Shown here one piece after another: positions 62,701 to 64,000 of a stretch of 64,000 nt of DNA. Made by a program: the position numbers and the translations under genes. Where the stretch lies: assembly GCA_039187085.1 (NCBI GenBank), contig JBCCZV010000002.1, positions 14,476 through 78,475 of the forward strand. Direction: 5' to 3'. Positions within the stretch are counted from its first letter, which is position 1. Each line of letters starts with the position of its first letter. Below the pieces are notes generated by a model. That model ran no database searches, was not told the DNA's origin, and saw nothing but the letters and a program-made list of their open reading frames with translations. This DNA comes from Pseudomonadota bacterium (GTDB taxonomy: Bacteria; Pseudomonadota; Gammaproteobacteria; Enterobacterales; JBCCZV01).

Positions 62701-64000
62701 CCACCTCACCATGATATTTATTCGATCGAAGACCTCGCGCAATTGATTTTCGATTTAAAACAAGTCAATCCAACGGCATTAATTTCAGTTAAATTAGTCG
62801 CGGGAACAGGTGTAGGCACTATTGCTGCTGGAGTTGCTAAAGCTTACGCTGATCTCATTACCATTGCTGGCCATGATGGCGGTACAGGTGCAAGTCCTTT
62901 AACATCCGTTAAATACGCAGGCTCTCCTTGGGAAATTGGCTTAGCTGAGGCACAACAAGCGTTGGTAGCTAACGGCCTCAGAGGAAAAATCCGTTTGCAA
63001 GTTGATGGTGGTTTAAAAACCGGGCTCGATGTGATTAAAGGCGCAATTCTCGGTGCTGAAAGTTTTGGTTTTGGCACAGCACCAATGATTGCTTTAGGCT
63101 GTAAATATTTACGCATCTGCCATCTAAATAATTGTGCTACCGGAGTGGCCACTCAAGATAGTCAACTGCGCTCGCAACATTTCCGTGGTTTACCCGAGAT
63201 GGTTATGAACTACTTTCAATTTGTGGCAAGAGAAACCCGTGAATGGATGGCTAAGCTGGGCGTTAAGCAATTGACCGATTTAATTGGCCGCACAGATTTA
63301 CTTGAAATTTTGCCTGGCGAAACCGCTAAACAATCTCATTTAGACTTGAATGTGATTTTGCAATCCGCTCAACGACAAGTGAAAACGAGTTATTTTTATC
63401 AAGAAACACCCAACAATCCGTATGATCAAGGAGAGCTCAATCAACATCTCTTGCGAGCAGCATCACCTTACCTTGAAAACAATGAATCTGCGAATTTACG
63501 TTTTGACATCAAAAATTTCGATCGGTCTGTAGGTGCAAGTCTTGCTGGAAAAATTGCCAAAACATTTGGACGCGAAGGTTTCCAAAAATGTTTGGCGATT
63601 CATTTCACAGGGACAGGTGGACAAAGTTTCGGAGCTTGGAACCATCATGGCATGCATCTATCTGTCGAAGGTGATAGTAACGATTATGTAGGCAAAGGAA
63701 TGATGGGGGGCAGTATTAGCTTATACCCACCGGAAAACAGTCGTTTCGTCGCCAAGCGAACCAGTATTATCGGTAATACTTGTCTGTATGGTGCAACTGG
63801 CGGCAAGCTTTTTGCGCGTGGCTGTGCAGGTGAGCGTTTTGCAGTAAGAAACTCTGGCGCTATTGCCGTTATCGAAGGCATTGGTGATCATGGCTGTGAA
63901 TATATGACGGGGGGAGTGATTGCTGTTTTAGGCACCGTCGGTAATAATTTTGGTGCAGGCATGACGGGTGGTTTTGCTTATGTTTTGGATTTAAACCAAC
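59794..64000 (+). CDS. gltB: Glutamate synthase (NADPH) large subunit, about 1402 N-terminal codons (3' end beyond the window)
   Basis: The reading frame is not in the supplied ORF track. I did not walk every codon; in-frame continuity is supported by the start at 59794, the FMN-domain motif beginning at 62611 and the final codons of the window all sharing one frame. ATG at 59794 follows the AAGGGGGGG RBS and gives [12 protein letters not shown]|[11 protein letters not shown] (Ntn-amidotransferase Cys). The same frame later reads [50 protein letters not shown] (FMN domain) and ends in the GXGXG domain ([11 protein letters not shown]). Confidence 0.93.
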   Translation, partial: MGLYHENQSRDNCGFGLIAQMDGIPSHTLIQRAIEALNRMTHRGAIAADGKSGDGCGILMQLPESYFRQVAEESNFHLGEKFAVGQIFLNQDERLANRSREILFEELQKETLTIVGWRSVDTNPTVCGKVALQSLPKIEQVFVKAPPGWPKHDLERRLFIARRRTSMRCQDDPMFYVCSLSCLVIAYKGLVMPEALPKFYRELSDPRLESAICVFHQRFSTNTLPNWKYAQPFRFLAHNGEINTIAGNRAWAIARQKKFVTPLLPDLQTIKPMVNQSGSDSSSLDNMLEVFLAGGLDIFRAMRLLVPPAWQNQPAMDPDLRAFYEFNSMHMEPWDGPAGIVMTDGRLAACNLDRNGLRPARYVITQDNMITLASEIGVWDYKPEEVVEKGRVGPGEMLAVDTQTGKLWRSDEIDNTLKSRHPYRAWLDENTIRVQNNPKHEAIGAQRYIDQDIDRLPEEMKRFNISREERESVIKPMAQDSVEATGSMGDDTPIAVLSKKARNIYDYFRQNFAQVTNPPIDPLREKLVMSLETCIGREHNVFQETTGHAHRVIIESPVLNYAKMQKLLSLQQEHYQHKRINLNFNRGGCLKTALQKVGDMAVKLAQEGAVILILSDRDTEADQVPMPAAFATSAVHQRLVAEGLRCDVNIIVETGSARDAHHFAVLVGLGATAIYPYLAYRVINDLQLRGEILLDRIKARENYRAAIHKGLLKILSKMGISTIASYRGAALFDIIGFHQEIHDLCFPNTTSRIQGATFEDINRDLHVLAKNARIPRKPITMGGDLKYVHGGEYHAYNPDVVTLLQKAVKSGNYSDYLGFSNVVNQRGVAAIRDLFKVTPSGETVSIEDVEPENAILQRFDSAGMSIGALSTEAHEALAVAMNRLSGRSNSGEGGEDPSRFNSERNSKIKQIASGRFGVTAHYLVNAEVIQIKVAQGAKPGEGGQLPGHKVTAEIATLRYATPGVTLISPPPHHDIYSIEDLAQLIFDLKQVNPTALISVKLVAGTGVGTIAAGVAKAYADLITIAGHDGGTGASPLTSVKYAGSPWEIGLAEAQQALVANGLRGKIRLQVDGGLKTGLDVIKGAILGAESFGFGTAPMIALGCKYLRICHLNNCATGVATQDSQLRSQHFRGLPEMVMNYFQFVARETREWMAKLGVKQLTDLIGRTDLLEILPGETAKQSHLDLNVILQSAQRQVKTSYFYQETPNNPYDQGELNQHLLRAASPYLENNESANLRFDIKNFDRSVGASLAGKIAKTFGREGFQKCLAIHFTGTGGQSFGAWNHHGMHLSVEGDSNDYVGKGMMGGSISLYPPENSRFVAKRTSIIGNTCLYGATGGKLFARGCAGERFAVRNSGAIAVIEGIGDHGCEYMTGGVIAVLGTVGNNFGAGMTGGFAYVLDLNQ

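Noticed and set aside
60026-63881. Short ORFs listed in the track across 60.0-63.9 kb on both strands
   Set aside because: All lie within the continuous gltB reading frame (frame of 59794), whose translation carries diagnostic GltB motifs. They are off-frame or antisense artefacts.

Overview
AT-rich window that looks gammaproteobacterial (Alteromonadales-like marine organism by gene content and synteny; this is inference only). Most of it is core housekeeping DNA. The centre (11.5-32.0 kb, minus strand) is the classic conserved supercluster rpsB-tsf-pyrH-frr-uppS-cdsA-dxr-rseP-bamA-skp-lpxD-fabZ-lpxA-lpxB-rnhB-dnaE-accA-tilS. It is followed on the plus strand by map-glnD-dapD-yffB-dapE, an M15 peptidase and a stand-alone EF-G paralog. 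The left end carries a truncated yfhL ferredoxin, coaD, a LetAB/PqiAB-type MCE operon (two half-size PqiA genes plus an eight-MCE-domain protein), a small methyltransferase and a 1199-aa pullulanase lipoprotein flanked by unusually long non-coding DNA. The right third (41.6-59.4 kb) is the more accessory part. It holds lipoproteins, an orphan acetoacetyl-CoA reductase, a YajG-like lipoprotein, a beta-barrel OMP, ampG, panE and an orphan sensor kinase whose phospho-acceptor His is replaced. It also holds msrB, vanZ, an epimerase-family protein, UPF0149, an exported SAM-methyltransferase, a PhyH dioxygenase, a 1-Cys peroxiredoxin, and a TonB-dependent receptor next to an odd secreted TonB-C-domain protein. 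The window ends inside gltB (59794 to the window end). That gene and the yfhL fragment at position 1 are missing from the supplied ORF track because both run off the window edges. I found no tRNA, rRNA, CRISPR array, IS or transposase, integrase or phage genes. I also see no convincing new multi-gene system. The best second-look candidates are the split-LetA/8-MCE operon, the His-less and G2-degenerate histidine kinase, the receptor plus chalcone-isomerase-like/TonB_C pair, the exported methyltransferase and the 880-bp non-coding gap with duplicated mini-ORF motifs. All functional calls come from reading the translated sequences by eye. No database search was run.
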